From a virus: a stretch of 64,000 nt of DNA. Both the position numbers and the translations under genes were made by a program. The DNA lies in the IMG/VR virus record IMGVR_UViG_3300050013_000065, positions 1-64,000 of that record; one strand, written 5' to 3'. The notes beneath the pieces are model-generated. The model saw only the letters and a program-made list of their open reading frames with translations, searched no databases and was not told where the DNA came from. Within the stretch, counting starts at the first letter, position 1, and every line of letters begins with the position of its first letter. This document shows positions 31,751 to 41,705 of this stretch, in pieces.

Positions 31751-32514
31751 TACAATCCTCCCAAGAAGTTCATTCCTTGTTCACCAAGAGAGGAACCTCC
31801 GGTGGTGTCGAGATTTCCAAAACCACCCATAATAGAACCCGCCATTCCTCCCAACATACCCAGCGGACTGGCCGCGTTGTTTGCTTGAGAAACAGCGTTC
31901 GCCTCTGAGTTGGCAGTAGACCCGGCGCTATTAGCAGCAGTAGCCGTTCCGTTCGGGTCGTACATACCAGCTACTCCTCCTAGTTGTCCGATAGCCGACT
32001 CGTAGTCATTATGGCCCTGCTGATACCCAGATTGTTGAATTCCAAGAAGCTGGCTTGAGGCTTGGTTGGCCGCAGAAGAAGCAAGTCCGGCTTGCTGCTG
32101 AGAAGATACTCCAGACGGAAGTAAAGAATTCCCACCTCCCTGCGCCGCTTGGTTAGCCCTCAGAGACTTGCTAGCGTTTGCATACTGCTGCCCGGTTCCT
32201 TGAATAGCCTGCGAATTTAGATTATTGGTTTCAGCCGCGTTGTATCCGAATTGATTTTTACCGGCAGAAATGATCGGATTCAGGGAGTTTTTGAGCGTCG
32301 AAAGTATGGAATTTTTATTAGCAAACTGCGTGCTGTAATCGGACGAAAGGGTGTTGTAGAAATTCTGTTGGCTGTCCACCAAACTAGTCTGTTGGCTCGA
32401 CGCACCCTTGCATAACAAGATCGGTCCCGTCCAGAAAATGGACTTTCTTTTTACCAACAGATACTTAGATTGTTTATCGCTCCAAGTAAATTCAGCTTTT
32501 TGGGTGATCCACAT
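31750..32514 (-). CDS. putative pilot/ejection protein
   Basis: N-terminal ...LCKG motif, Q/N/A/G-rich low complexity, Gly-rich C-terminus. Confidence 0.6.
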   Translation of the reverse strand: MWITQKAEFTWSDKQSKYLLVKRKSIFWTGPILLCKGASSQQTSLVDSQQNFYNTLSSDYSTQFANKNSILSTLKNSLNPIISAGKNQFGYNAAETNNLNSQAIQGTGQQYANASKSLRANQAAQGGGNSLLPSGVSSQQQAGLASSAANQASSQLLGIQQSGYQQGHNDYESAIGQLGGVAGMYDPNGTATAANSAGSTANSEANAVSQANNAASPLGMLGGMAGSIMGGFGNLDTTGGSSLGEQGMNFLGGL

Positions 32515-32926
32515 TTTTTCCCTCCAAATCCGCTAGCTTAGTTCTGTAAATCTTCATGGGTACTTCCTCGAAAATATGATTGGAGGCGAATTCGGCGGTA
32601 TCCGTATCGCTCGCCAAAAAATAGATTTCTCCAGAACCCCGGACGTGCGCTAAAGTGATGGCGTTCTGAGTTAACTCCCTTAGACAGCAGGCAGTTTGTG
32701 CAGAAGATAACCCAGGACGCAGGGCTAGAGATTCCAGCATAATTGGTTGCTGAAGGGTCTGATAAGCGAGAGGGCCGTCTTTGTCGTAGGCGCACCATGT
32801 GGTCGATGATGAAAATAAGGCTACCGCAGGGTCAAATTCGTTTTTATCCTTGTTTTCAATCGCCCAGCTAAAGTACGTCTGGACTTCTTCAGGAAGTGCG
32901 GGTCGAACATAAACTCGGTTTGGCAT
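32492..32926 (-). CDS. GNAT-like fold protein
   Basis: VYVRPA..EE N-terminus; position before ejection genes as in many podoviruses. Confidence 0.45.
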   Translation of the reverse strand: MPNRVYVRPALPEEVQTYFSWAIENKDKNEFDPAVALFSSSTTWCAYDKDGPLAYQTLQQPIMLESLALRPGLSSAQTACCLRELTQNAITLAHVRGSGEIYFLASDTDTAEFASNHIFEEVPMKIYRTKLADLEGKNVDHPKS

Positions 32927-32929
32927 AGT

Positions 32930-33235
32930 TCAAGGCATCCTGGCTAAGACGAGCCGGAGATCATCTCTCATGTTCCCCAGCCCCTCTTTTAAATCGTCGC
33001 GTAGTCCGGCGATGTTCAGGTTTACTTTGACAAGTTCTTCCTGCACGTGGGGGAGATGGCTTGTTTTGATTGTTTCCATGTCCGTTCGAAGTTCGGTGAT
33101 GGCGGTTCCGTAAGAAGCGAAACGATTAACCACGATATATCCTTTATACAAGAATAGGCCGATGGATATCCAGCCAACTAGATATATCCAGTTTTGGGCG
33201 ATCCACGCTGCGGGGTTCCAACTAAAAGGGGGCAT
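32930..33235 (-). CDS. membrane protein with coiled coil (holin-like candidate)
   Basis: one hydrophobic segment WIYLVGWISIGLFLY followed by heptad-rich tail. Confidence 0.45.
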   Translation of the reverse strand: MPPFSWNPAAWIAQNWIYLVGWISIGLFLYKGYIVVNRFASYGTAITELRTDMETIKTSHLPHVQEELVKVNLNIAGLRDDLKEGLGNMRDDLRLVLARMP

Positions 33236-33506
33236 TATTTTACCTAACGAAGAGAGTTTGGGGGATTGATTCTGTATTGTGGGATAACCCCTCCGGCGTA
33301 ATGCTGGCGGAGGTTGTCGGGATTGACAATATTTCCCGACGTTGGTAAAGGACAGCGAAGAGTTGTATTGACGATTGGGGTTGGATTTGATCCCCAAATT
33401 CCCGTTGGAAGAGGGGGGCGAGCCATAATCGGAGCTACAGTAGACGTTCCGGAATAAGACGACGAGGGAGAGACTATTCTAGAAGCTATGCTCGGCATGT
33501 AAGTCC

Positions 33507-36500
33507 TTATTTTTCTTGACTAAAAGACCCAAATAGCGTGGTGGACAACAACTCATTTCTGACAGTATCAGTGCCCCAGTCAAATTGAATCTGAAGATGT
33601 CTGCATACTGCTGGTTGTTGTGTTTGAGATAAGTAGAATCTCTGAGCATAAACTGACAAACTGGGAGAAAGCTGTGTCGGGTCCGGGGTGTATAAAGTAA
33701 GAGGTTCAAAATACGTACCGGTTTGTCCGTACGGAATCCTCTGAATTTCGTCGAGCTGAACTGCTAGAGAAATTGGAGTTCCAATTGCCACAGAGTCGGT
33801 CGTAAAACTCTCTACTTCTGCCAACTGCCCAGGTTGGGCCAGAACCATGCTTCCTAAAACAGCAAAAGAGTTGTATGCTGATCCGTTGTCGGAATAAACC
33901 CCATAGTCTCTCTTGAGAATGGGTCCTCCTGCGGAAGGAGGACCAACCAATAGATTATAGGTTCCGGGTACCACCTCAACAGATTGTACCGCCGAAAATC
34001 CTGAAGCTATCTGGGCCTTGGGACTCCATGTTGTTCCGGACTCGGGGGAAGGGGTTGGGCACATTCTCCACCATGTTCCTTGATAATCCGAAACGTACAA
34101 ACCTTTATCTTGAGAACCGGCAACATGCCAAGTTACTCTTGTACTGGTAGGAGTAAAAGTTCCTGTTCCGTTATTTGGACCGAATTGATCTCCGATTGGA
34201 AAACCAACCTCGGAGACTCCGGAACTAGGATCGAGACTAAGAAGTTGATTATCCGACGTATACATGTATACAATGCTTCCGTTAACCGCAAAAGCATCAT
34301 AAGAGAGTAGTCCAACGTGTCGAAGAAAAGGAGAGGAGTACAACGAAGAAGAGGAGGTATTGGTTCCTTGAATAATATAAATATCAGAGGAGGTGAAAAC
34401 CAAAAGACCGGAGGTGGTTGGAAACATGACTGTTACTGAAGACGGAAAGACAAACACATTGCTCGGACTCCACGCCGTGTTTCCGTTTCCCGAAGTGACC
34501 AAGGGGCCGTCGGAATATCTGACAGAGTTTCCGAGTGCCGCCCAAACACACCCCAAGTGGTACGAGAGCGCCGTAATACCCACGGGAGGGGGATCGTTTT
34601 CGTTATTAATTGGAGCTTCAATCAACTCATTAAGATAGGTGTCGGGGATATAGTCTGTAAATGTCCAATTAGAGGCAGTTCCTGGGGTTGGATTTGCTAT
34701 CGAAGAGTCAAAGAATAGAGTTGACGAAGAACCCCCTTGAACCGATCTCCAAATCCAAACCGAAGTTATTTGTTGATCTGCTGGAAAACTTCCGGATATG
34801 ATAGCTCTAGGATTGTTAGAAGGACCTAGAACGTAAGACCCATAATTTTGCGCGGCAAAGGGGGCGGAAGTACTTATGCTTCCGTCAGTTCCGACCCAAC
34901 TGTATGCGTAGTACACGTTTCCAGTAATTATTACCGATCCCGTTCCAACGCAAGTCCATGTTATGGTTCCGTCCGATGTGGTAGACCCTACGGTCGAAGA
35001 CCAAGAAGGAGCAGAAGTTCCCGTGTGAGACCCACTGCCAGCGCCGTTAGTCGCGATCTGAAGATTCCCGTTGGTGTCTAAAACACACATAAAAGTTTGA
35101 TACGCAGTACTAGCTGACCACACCAGGATAGGCCCACAATTTTGCCAAACCACTCCGTTGTCAAGAGTCTGACCGCCTGCCCCGTTTGTCAAAGAGGGTT
35201 CTGTGGCGTTCCAAGTAGGTGAAATAGCTCCAGTAATGTATCCTATTCCTGAGACGTAATTTATGGCCACTTCTACGTCGTTGTTTTTGTCAAGAACAGA
35301 ATACCACTCATATAAGGTAGTGTTAGCAACCCATTGACGATTTCCAGAAGCAGGAGTTACAGTCGGAGCAAGAGTAGGCGCAGCTATTCCCCAGTTATAG
35401 AGAGGAACACCAAAATTCTGCCAAGTCAGTTGATTGTCGAGGGTATATCCTCCGAGAGAGCTGTTCCATGTGGGAGAAGAAGTGCTGCTCAACCCCGACC
35501 CTGTGGAAGACGTAGAGGTCGCTGTTCCTGTATCGGCAGCAGGGCCATAAACAGACGTGGCCGCTGTTGTAAAATACGCAACATTAGAATAGGGGGGAAG
35601 ATAGTTGTTGTTAACAACCACGGTTTGTGATTGTGAGTTAATCGAGGTATAAGTGGTTACGCCAGAAAAACTGACTTGCGTACCTTGCGTCCAGAATACA
35701 CTAGAGTCAAAGGTGACTTGTAGAAAATAGCCGATCGGGCCTAGAGGTAAACCAAGGCTTGAACTAACTATTTGTATTTGAGTAACATTCGCTGTGCCCG
35801 TTCCCTGAACTATTTGTAGATTTCCGTTGGGATCTAGAATTTGATCGCCGTCGTTAAAAGTCTGGCCGGGTGCCCAGACAAGACTCGGGGTTATTAGTTT
35901 CTTCTGATCCGCGCCGTCTGTAAAATACAGAGAATTTCCCACGGATTGGAAATAAGTACTACCCGCCCCGACGGATTTAGTAAAAAGTGTTTTGTTAGTT
36001 GAAGGTCTCGTCACGTCTCGGATGGTCCCCCCAACCAGAGGAAAAACCCCAGTAACTGCTGATGTTCCTGTATCCGAGGCGGGGCCGTATAGAGCCGAAC
36101 CAAACAGAAAGGTTGCCACATTTCCTGTTACAGATACAGAGCCTCCAGGAATTACTTGTCCATTTAAAGAGGTATAGTTTGTTATGCCGGAAAAAGACCA
36201 AGTCTGACCAACCGCCGGTTCCGGCGGTGTTGTTGTAAAAGTAACATTGGCAAAATACTCATATACAATAGGACCCGGAGGGAACGTTCTCTGTTGTCGA
36301 GTGACCTGTATGGAGGAAATATTATACGTCTGGGTGGAAGGACCCGATGCGCTTACGTCCGCGATTACGTTTATGTTTTCTGTAGCCGCCGTTTGAGAAG
36401 CATTATAAACCGTTGTTCTATTTTCGTAAAATCGTTTTATGGCTGGAAATGTTTGACTATTGTAGACAGAGGTTCCTGGTCTTCTGATGAACGTAAGAGA

Positions 36501-36701
36501 CGGACTGATTTCGCAGTTCAAACCATCGATCAGCGCATCTCCGCGCGCCCCATAAAACTCTTCTTCTATTCTCGTAGAAGCGGCATCACGAAGAGGAGAC
36601 CTTTGGGTCCATATTCCGGTCGCAAAACGATTTGACCAAAGAACTCCATACCTTACCGGTTTAGAAGATTGTGCTCCGAATTTAGATAGCCAGTTACTCA
36701 T
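33507..36701 (-). CDS. tail tubular/nozzle (virion stabilisation) protein
   Basis: 1064 aa beta-rich; SVRYSD, beta-propeller-like C-terminal half; position. Confidence 0.65.
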   Translation of the reverse strand: MSNWLSKFGAQSSKPVRYGVLWSNRFATGIWTQRSPLRDAASTRIEEEFYGARGDALIDGLNCEISPSLTFIRRPGTSVYNSQTFPAIKRFYENRTTVYNASQTAATENINVIADVSASGPSTQTYNISSIQVTRQQRTFPPGPIVYEYFANVTFTTTPPEPAVGQTWSFSGITNYTSLNGQVIPGGSVSVTGNVATFLFGSALYGPASDTGTSAVTGVFPLVGGTIRDVTRPSTNKTLFTKSVGAGSTYFQSVGNSLYFTDGADQKKLITPSLVWAPGQTFNDGDQILDPNGNLQIVQGTGTANVTQIQIVSSSLGLPLGPIGYFLQVTFDSSVFWTQGTQVSFSGVTTYTSINSQSQTVVVNNNYLPPYSNVAYFTTAATSVYGPAADTGTATSTSSTGSGLSSTSSPTWNSSLGGYTLDNQLTWQNFGVPLYNWGIAAPTLAPTVTPASGNRQWVANTTLYEWYSVLDKNNDVEVAINYVSGIGYITGAISPTWNATEPSLTNGAGGQTLDNGVVWQNCGPILVWSASTAYQTFMCVLDTNGNLQIATNGAGSGSHTGTSAPSWSSTVGSTTSDGTITWTCVGTGSVIITGNVYYAYSWVGTDGSISTSAPFAAQNYGSYVLGPSNNPRAIISGSFPADQQITSVWIWRSVQGGSSSTLFFDSSIANPTPGTASNWTFTDYIPDTYLNELIEAPINNENDPPPVGITALSYHLGCVWAALGNSVRYSDGPLVTSGNGNTAWSPSNVFVFPSSVTVMFPTTSGLLVFTSSDIYIIQGTNTSSSSLYSSPFLRHVGLLSYDAFAVNGSIVYMYTSDNQLLSLDPSSGVSEVGFPIGDQFGPNNGTGTFTPTSTRVTWHVAGSQDKGLYVSDYQGTWWRMCPTPSPESGTTWSPKAQIASGFSAVQSVEVVPGTYNLLVGPPSAGGPILKRDYGVYSDNGSAYNSFAVLGSMVLAQPGQLAEVESFTTDSVAIGTPISLAVQLDEIQRIPYGQTGTYFEPLTLYTPDPTQLSPSLSVYAQRFYLSQTQQPAVCRHLQIQFDWGTDTVRNELLSTTLFGSFSQEK

Positions 36702-37067
36702 TCAGCTTCCTTGTTTTGTTTTCTTGATCTCTTTGCTGGGGTGTTCGGGAGAGGAGTATATCGTATATAGTTTCAAAGTAGAGGTCTTGGACTTGTTGAT
36801 TACGTTGTGGTAGGAACCACCGGGGACTACTACAGAATCTCCATCTCGGGCAATGAATACATCTTCCTTGTTCAAAACGAAGATTGCGGTACCTTGCTCA
36901 ACGCGGAAGAACTGATCGGAGGGGTGTTTCTCTTCGCCAATTTCTTCTTCTGGCTTCAGAGACATCAGAACCAGTTGGAGCTTTCCCGTGAATAGTACCT
37001 TTCGATAGGCAGAATTGTCGCGGGTCTTGTCTTCGATATTTCCATAGAAAGGTTTCATTTTGTCCAT
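36702..37067 (-). CDS. cupin-domain protein
   Basis: QLVLMSL.P.EEIG.E.H..DQFFRVEQG; VVPGG..HNVIN; LKLYTIYS.PEH. Confidence 0.9.
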   Translation of the reverse strand: MDKMKPFYGNIEDKTRDNSAYRKVLFTGKLQLVLMSLKPEEEIGEEKHPSDQFFRVEQGTAIFVLNKEDVFIARDGDSVVVPGGSYHNVINKSKTSTLKLYTIYSSPEHPSKEIKKTKQGS

Positions 37068-37083
37068 TATCTGGATTTTTCGG

Positions 37084-37113
37084 TTGACAGAAAGAGGGGA
37101 GAAGTGGTAAAAT
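37084..37113 (+). promoter_or_regulatory. sigma70-type promoter, probably giving a leaderless mRNA
   Basis: TTGACA-N18-TAAAAT ending 6 nt before ATG 37120; no RBS. Confidence 0.7.
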
Positions 37114-37119
37114 GTTTCT

Positions 37120-37848
37120 ATGAGAGAAATAACAGAAGAAAGATCAAAAGAACTTCAAACCGCAATACACGAGTATGTCGATGGCTTATCTTCGGCTAAG
37201 GTGTGCAAAAAGTACAAAATAGACCACAAAACTTTGGCGAAGATGGTCGTTGAATCCGGACACCACGTTCGAAGTCGTGCAGAAGTGGTTCAGCTCATGT
37301 ATGGGGTTAACCACGCGACGCAAAAGGATGACAGCACTTGGGTAAAAGTGTGTAAAGAGTGTGGGCAAGAAAAATCGGTAGAAGTTTTTCATCCCGACAA
37401 GGAGTATGCAGACGGAAGAGGAAGTATTTGTTACGATTGTAAAAATGCCAAAAGAAGACCTCGCGAACGAACTCGGTACCAAAACGATCCGGAGTACCGA
37501 GATAAAGCCATCGCGGAGTCCAAAAAATACTACGCGGAGCATCCAGAAACTATCAAAGCATATCACATAAAAAGTACGTATGGCTTGGAGTTTGAGGACT
37601 ATACGAAAAAGTTAGAAGAACAAGGAAATTGTTGTGCGGCTTGCGGTGCTACATCTCCTGGAGTAGTGGGGAGAACTTGGCATGTAGATCATGACCATTC
37701 TTGTTGTTCTGGAAAAAAGAAAGCTTGCGGAAAGTGCGTACGAGGTTTGTTGTGTCAACCCTGTAACTTGATACTGGGCATGGCAAAGGATAGTCCTGAA
37801 ACTCTCCGGAGCCTAATTTCTTACTTAGAAAAATACAAGAGAGGCTAA
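37120..37848 (+). CDS. endonuclease VII-family homing endonuclease
   Basis: YGLEFEDY, CAACG, WHVDHDH, CVRGLLC..CN..LG..KD. Confidence 0.92.
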   Translation: MREITEERSKELQTAIHEYVDGLSSAKVCKKYKIDHKTLAKMVVESGHHVRSRAEVVQLMYGVNHATQKDDSTWVKVCKECGQEKSVEVFHPDKEYADGRGSICYDCKNAKRRPRERTRYQNDPEYRDKAIAESKKYYAEHPETIKAYHIKSTYGLEFEDYTKKLEEQGNCCAACGATSPGVVGRTWHVDHDHSCCSGKKKACGKCVRGLLCQPCNLILGMAKDSPETLRSLISYLEKYKRG

Positions 37849-38945
37849 CTTCCATACCCTGGCGAGAAAAATGCAGAACCAAAAGGCTGAGCTGCCCCGA
37901 TACCAGCCGCTCCGTAAGGAAATCCATTTCCCCCGAGGATCGTGCTGGAAGGGGTGAGCACATTATTTTCCTGCTGACGATCCGCGCCATTGAGGCTTTT
38001 GCGTAAAACTTCTTCCCACTCTGCATACGCTTGCGCGCCTTTTGGGTTACCATTAAACATTTGTAACTGCGCGCGAACACCGGCCCTAAAGAGGTAACTC
38101 ATAGAGAGCGGAATCGGGTCAATCGTCTGCTGCATTGTCAGCAAAGTTGGAGGTAACTGCTGATATTGCCCGCCAATATACCAACAGAGCCCGTTCAGAG
38201 CAGGCAGCGGAGCAACTCTCCAGCAAATGCCGTTGGGGTCTGCAACTGTCCAAATCACCGATCCATCTTGAACCAAAGTCCCAGGTGTTGCGTCAGGGTC
38301 GGCGGCAGGTTGTACACTTCCAGAAACACCATAAGGAGAAGTGGACGGGAGAGGAATCGTAGTTCCTGTGTATCCGGGGGACTCAATAGTAATCCCTAAC
38401 TGAGTTGAATCGATGAACAGGATGTTCCCATTCTCGTCTTGGAATTGCTGGATCGGAGACTTGGGAAGCTGAGCTACCCCGTATCCGCAACCGTACGCCG
38501 TGTTCGCCTGCCACTGCCCCATGTAAGCTTGGTAGTTATACACAAAAGCTATCTGGAATGGCACGTTTTGGACTGATGTACTGACAAGGTCACGGACTGT
38601 CTCCATCGGACGAATTGGCTTAGGAGCCCCGTTAGAATTGGACGTAGAGTTGTTGATGTCTACAATCCAGCAGGCTTCGAGCCAGCTTACGTCGGTCAAG
38701 TTAGTACAGTAGTCTTGCTGGAGAGATACCGTCAAGAAAGGAGGGATAACCTTGCGGTTCCACTTCCAGGGCATACTCTCGTCCAGAATCCGGCACATGA
38801 CATCGTTGCAGGCCGTCAGCAACGGTTCCGTCGAATACCCAGCAGTGCCCCCGAGAACGTTGTAGAACTCGGGGTTCACTTTCATCTGCTTACTAAGGTC
38901 CGCTACTGTGATCGAAGTAGATTGATTGCCCGGTACTATTGGCAT
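37845..38945 (-). CDS. putative head-tail adaptor protein
   Basis: PWKWNR..PPF..VSLQQDY motif shared with 44499-45209. Confidence 0.55.
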   Translation of the reverse strand: MPIVPGNQSTSITVADLSKQMKVNPEFYNVLGGTAGYSTEPLLTACNDVMCRILDESMPWKWNRKVIPPFLTVSLQQDYCTNLTDVSWLEACWIVDINNSTSNSNGAPKPIRPMETVRDLVSTSVQNVPFQIAFVYNYQAYMGQWQANTAYGCGYGVAQLPKSPIQQFQDENGNILFIDSTQLGITIESPGYTGTTIPLPSTSPYGVSGSVQPAADPDATPGTLVQDGSVIWTVADPNGICWRVAPLPALNGLCWYIGGQYQQLPPTLLTMQQTIDPIPLSMSYLFRAGVRAQLQMFNGNPKGAQAYAEWEEVLRKSLNGADRQQENNVLTPSSTILGGNGFPYGAAGIGAAQPFGSAFFSPGYGS

Positions 38946-38987
38946 ATCTTCTCCTGGTCAAAACTCATTCTGATCCCTTTCATGCTT

Positions 38988-39455
38988 CTACCGTACAACA
39001 GATCGAAGCGATGCCACCTGAGTTCCTGTATCCGGAACGGCTACGCTGGCAGTGGTAGTGCTTTTTGCCCCGGTTACCGAGGTTGGGGCAACTGGATTTG
39101 CAGGAACCACGTAAGGCCCTGCTGTTGCGCTGGCGACTGAATATGCCCCGCCCAAATCAGTTTGAGCCACATAGCATACCGTTAAACCTGCTGCGGTCTT
39201 GTCCGTGTAGGCAACTGTACTAGTCTCAGCACCGCTGTTGAGGGAAGCATACGTACCCGTGGTTGCCACAGGACAGGTCACAGCCCCTGATGTCACCGCG
39301 ATGCGGCTGAATAGGTAGGTGCAAGAGTTTCCTGTGCAGATGGATGGGGCTGTCCCATTTATAGCTACCACATGTGTAGTAGCAGGAACCTGTGCATGGC
39401 ATCCAATAGAAACTAGTAGAAATGCCAGAGTCATGAGAAAAGAAATTCGTTTCAT
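38988..39455 (-). CDS. secreted beta-rich (FN3-like) protein
   Basis: signal-peptide-like N-terminus ending CHAQ; YTD...CYVA. Confidence 0.6.
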   Translation of the reverse strand: MKRISFLMTLAFLLVSIGCHAQVPATTHVVAINGTAPSICTGNSCTYLFSRIAVTSGAVTCPVATTGTYASLNSGAETSTVAYTDKTAAGLTVCYVAQTDLGGAYSVASATAGPYVVPANPVAPTSVTGAKSTTTASVAVPDTGTQVASLRSVVR

Positions 39456-39467
39456 TTTACCCTCTTT

Positions 39468-41705
39468 TTAGTTGATTGTGAAGTTTCCAGAGATGACCAC
39501 ATTGCCAGTAATTTGTGGTGGCATTAGGGACGCTGATGAATAGCAGGTTGCCGCGTTAAACGAGATTGGAGATCCCGCACCGCCGTAGCTGCCACCCGAT
39601 GTGCCCAGATAGCAAGCCTGTGCCGGAATGGATGTCGTCTCCGAAACGTGCCCGCCGGGTCCGCTCCCTCCGGTAACGTCCGGGCCAATAGCTGGGTACG
39701 GAAGCGATCCCCACCACGAAGGTTTGGCGCTTAAATAAAAAGACGCCGGAAGGGTGTGCGTCAGGCCAGTGGTCCAATAGACGGAGTTGGAGATGTCGCC
39801 GTAGTTTCCGTGCAGCAGCGAAGTGGAATAAGCCAGCGTTGAATCCAACGCCCAGGTGCCGTCGTCTCCGGCCTCTCCGTAGCCGAAGGCGTAATCGTAC
39901 ATGATGGAGTCGTAGGATCGAGAGCCGGGCCACTGGAGAACATCAGTTTGTGGAGAGCCAGAGTTGTAGACTGTTACTCCCTCCCCCCCATAACCGAGGT
40001 TATTGATTTGCCAAGCGCTTCCTACTACGTTACCAAGCAGGTTGGTCCCAAGCGTAAGATACGAGATGTTGACTGCTCGCCCGCCTTGGAACTGGTAGCA
40101 GGACTTTCCGCTTGTTATGCCGGTGCAAGGAACCGCCGCCCCTCCCGCGCTGACCGCGTTCCGGCCTGCGGCAATGGGATTGTTGACCGCCATAGACCCT
40201 GTTGTCCAGTTCCGATAATAGGTCGAGTGAATCGAGGTTCCCCAAATTGAATCTGGCTGGAACTCTTGCAGGATGTTCCCCTCAAACAAGTTGAACTCAG
40301 GATGCGCGCCGTGGAACTCAATTGCCCCAGTCACGAAATCAACGCTCCCCACATCGAAGGGAGCTTGGATGAAGTTGTAGGAAACCACATTTCCAGATGC
40401 ACCTTTTTCAAGGTTGATACCTATGTGCAACCGCTCCAATATGTTGTTGTCGAAGAGAAGTAGCGATGTCTTGGAGTCAATTTGGACGCAGGAATCGTAA
40501 GTTCCAGAAGTGTGCAAGATCGCGTTCGAGAAATAACTTTGTGTGATTTCGCCGCCGTAATCCCAACTTGCCAGAACGTGATCCGCGTCTGTGTAGTTGT
40601 CTTCGACGCCGGAAACAAAGCAATACTCGCACTGATTGATTGAGATATTCGGGCCAACAAGGGTATCCGTCCCACCGTTCACAGTGTAAAGTTGCAGGTT
40701 CTTCACGCCCGCTTCGACGGTTGGCGTGAAGGGAGTAGCCAGAGGGCTGGTCGTGGTGCCTGCGCCGAGGTCAAGCCAGTTACAGGTTCCGTCTGTGAAC
40801 TGACTTCCATTTGTGGGGAAGCTGGACGCGGATGTTCCGCTCACGCAGTTATAGTTCGCGGTGCCGTAATTCGCTCCGCTGCCTGGACTGATGACGTTGA
40901 AGTAGATGTGTCCCTTCGTCGTGACATTCTGGCCTTCATAGTAGGTCGTGCTCGCCACCCACGAGGGCAGTGTCGTTCCATAAGTCCAGTACAGACCGGG
41001 CGAGATTGTGACGGTTGTCCCGCTCACATTCGTGACCTTGACCGTCTGACCGCTTGACCTGCTACCGTTGTAGTTGTCGCAGAAGTTGCAGAATCCCTCC
41101 GAGCCGGTCGAGTTGACGTTGTTTGACGCGCTGTTCAACTCCGAGATGGAGAGCAGAGAGCCTACAGAAATATGCGCAGCACTGGCTACTGCGATGCTCG
41201 TAGACCCTGCCGACAGTCCGCCAGTAATTGCCGTATCGTTCGCTGTAGACGGAGCAGCCGGAGAGCCGCCCGACATTGGCGCGCCAAGATTGATCTCGCC
41301 GTTCCCACTGGTACTGGTGAATTGCAGGATGGTAGAGTTCGCGCCCTGGCCGTTCAGGTAGCAATAGCTGGAGGGAATGAGTGGACCGGATAGGACAAAC
41401 GTTCCTGCCGCCAAGTTGACGTACTTGACTGCTCCGGAAGATCCGCCGCAAGCCGCCAGTGCCGCATTGATCGCGGAGGTCTGGTCTGAGCCAGTAGCCG
41501 CGATTGTGCTGCCCGTCTGCGTACCTGTGGGGACGCCACCCGGGATGCCCGACCCGCTCCAGTCCACCGCACATCCGGACGGTGTAGCTCCCGTGCAGGT
41601 TCCCGAGCCAGGCGGGTAAAGCAATCCGCTCCACAACTGTGAAAAGCAGGGCTTCGCAGAGACCGCAGAGAGGGAGAGAAGAAGGAAAAAGAGAAATTTC
41701 TTCAT
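39468..41705 (-). CDS. pectate-lyase-like beta-helix protein with signal peptide
   Basis: DQTSAINAALAAC..V.L.AGTF; L.G.G...TIL; repeated beta-helix N-ladders; LPASFYLS.KP.WW. Confidence 0.75.
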   Translation of the reverse strand: MKKFLFFLLLSLSAVSAKPCFSQLWSGLLYPPGSGTCTGATPSGCAVDWSGSGIPGGVPTGTQTGSTIAATGSDQTSAINAALAACGGSSGAVKYVNLAAGTFVLSGPLIPSSYCYLNGQGANSTILQFTSTSGNGEINLGAPMSGGSPAAPSTANDTAITGGLSAGSTSIAVASAAHISVGSLLSISELNSASNNVNSTGSEGFCNFCDNYNGSRSSGQTVKVTNVSGTTVTISPGLYWTYGTTLPSWVASTTYYEGQNVTTKGHIYFNVISPGSGANYGTANYNCVSGTSASSFPTNGSQFTDGTCNWLDLGAGTTTSPLATPFTPTVEAGVKNLQLYTVNGGTDTLVGPNISINQCEYCFVSGVEDNYTDADHVLASWDYGGEITQSYFSNAILHTSGTYDSCVQIDSKTSLLLFDNNILERLHIGINLEKGASGNVVSYNFIQAPFDVGSVDFVTGAIEFHGAHPEFNLFEGNILQEFQPDSIWGTSIHSTYYRNWTTGSMAVNNPIAAGRNAVSAGGAAVPCTGITSGKSCYQFQGGRAVNISYLTLGTNLLGNVVGSAWQINNLGYGGEGVTVYNSGSPQTDVLQWPGSRSYDSIMYDYAFGYGEAGDDGTWALDSTLAYSTSLLHGNYGDISNSVYWTTGLTHTLPASFYLSAKPSWWGSLPYPAIGPDVTGGSGPGGHVSETTSIPAQACYLGTSGGSYGGAGSPISFNAATCYSSASLMPPQITGNVVISGNFTIN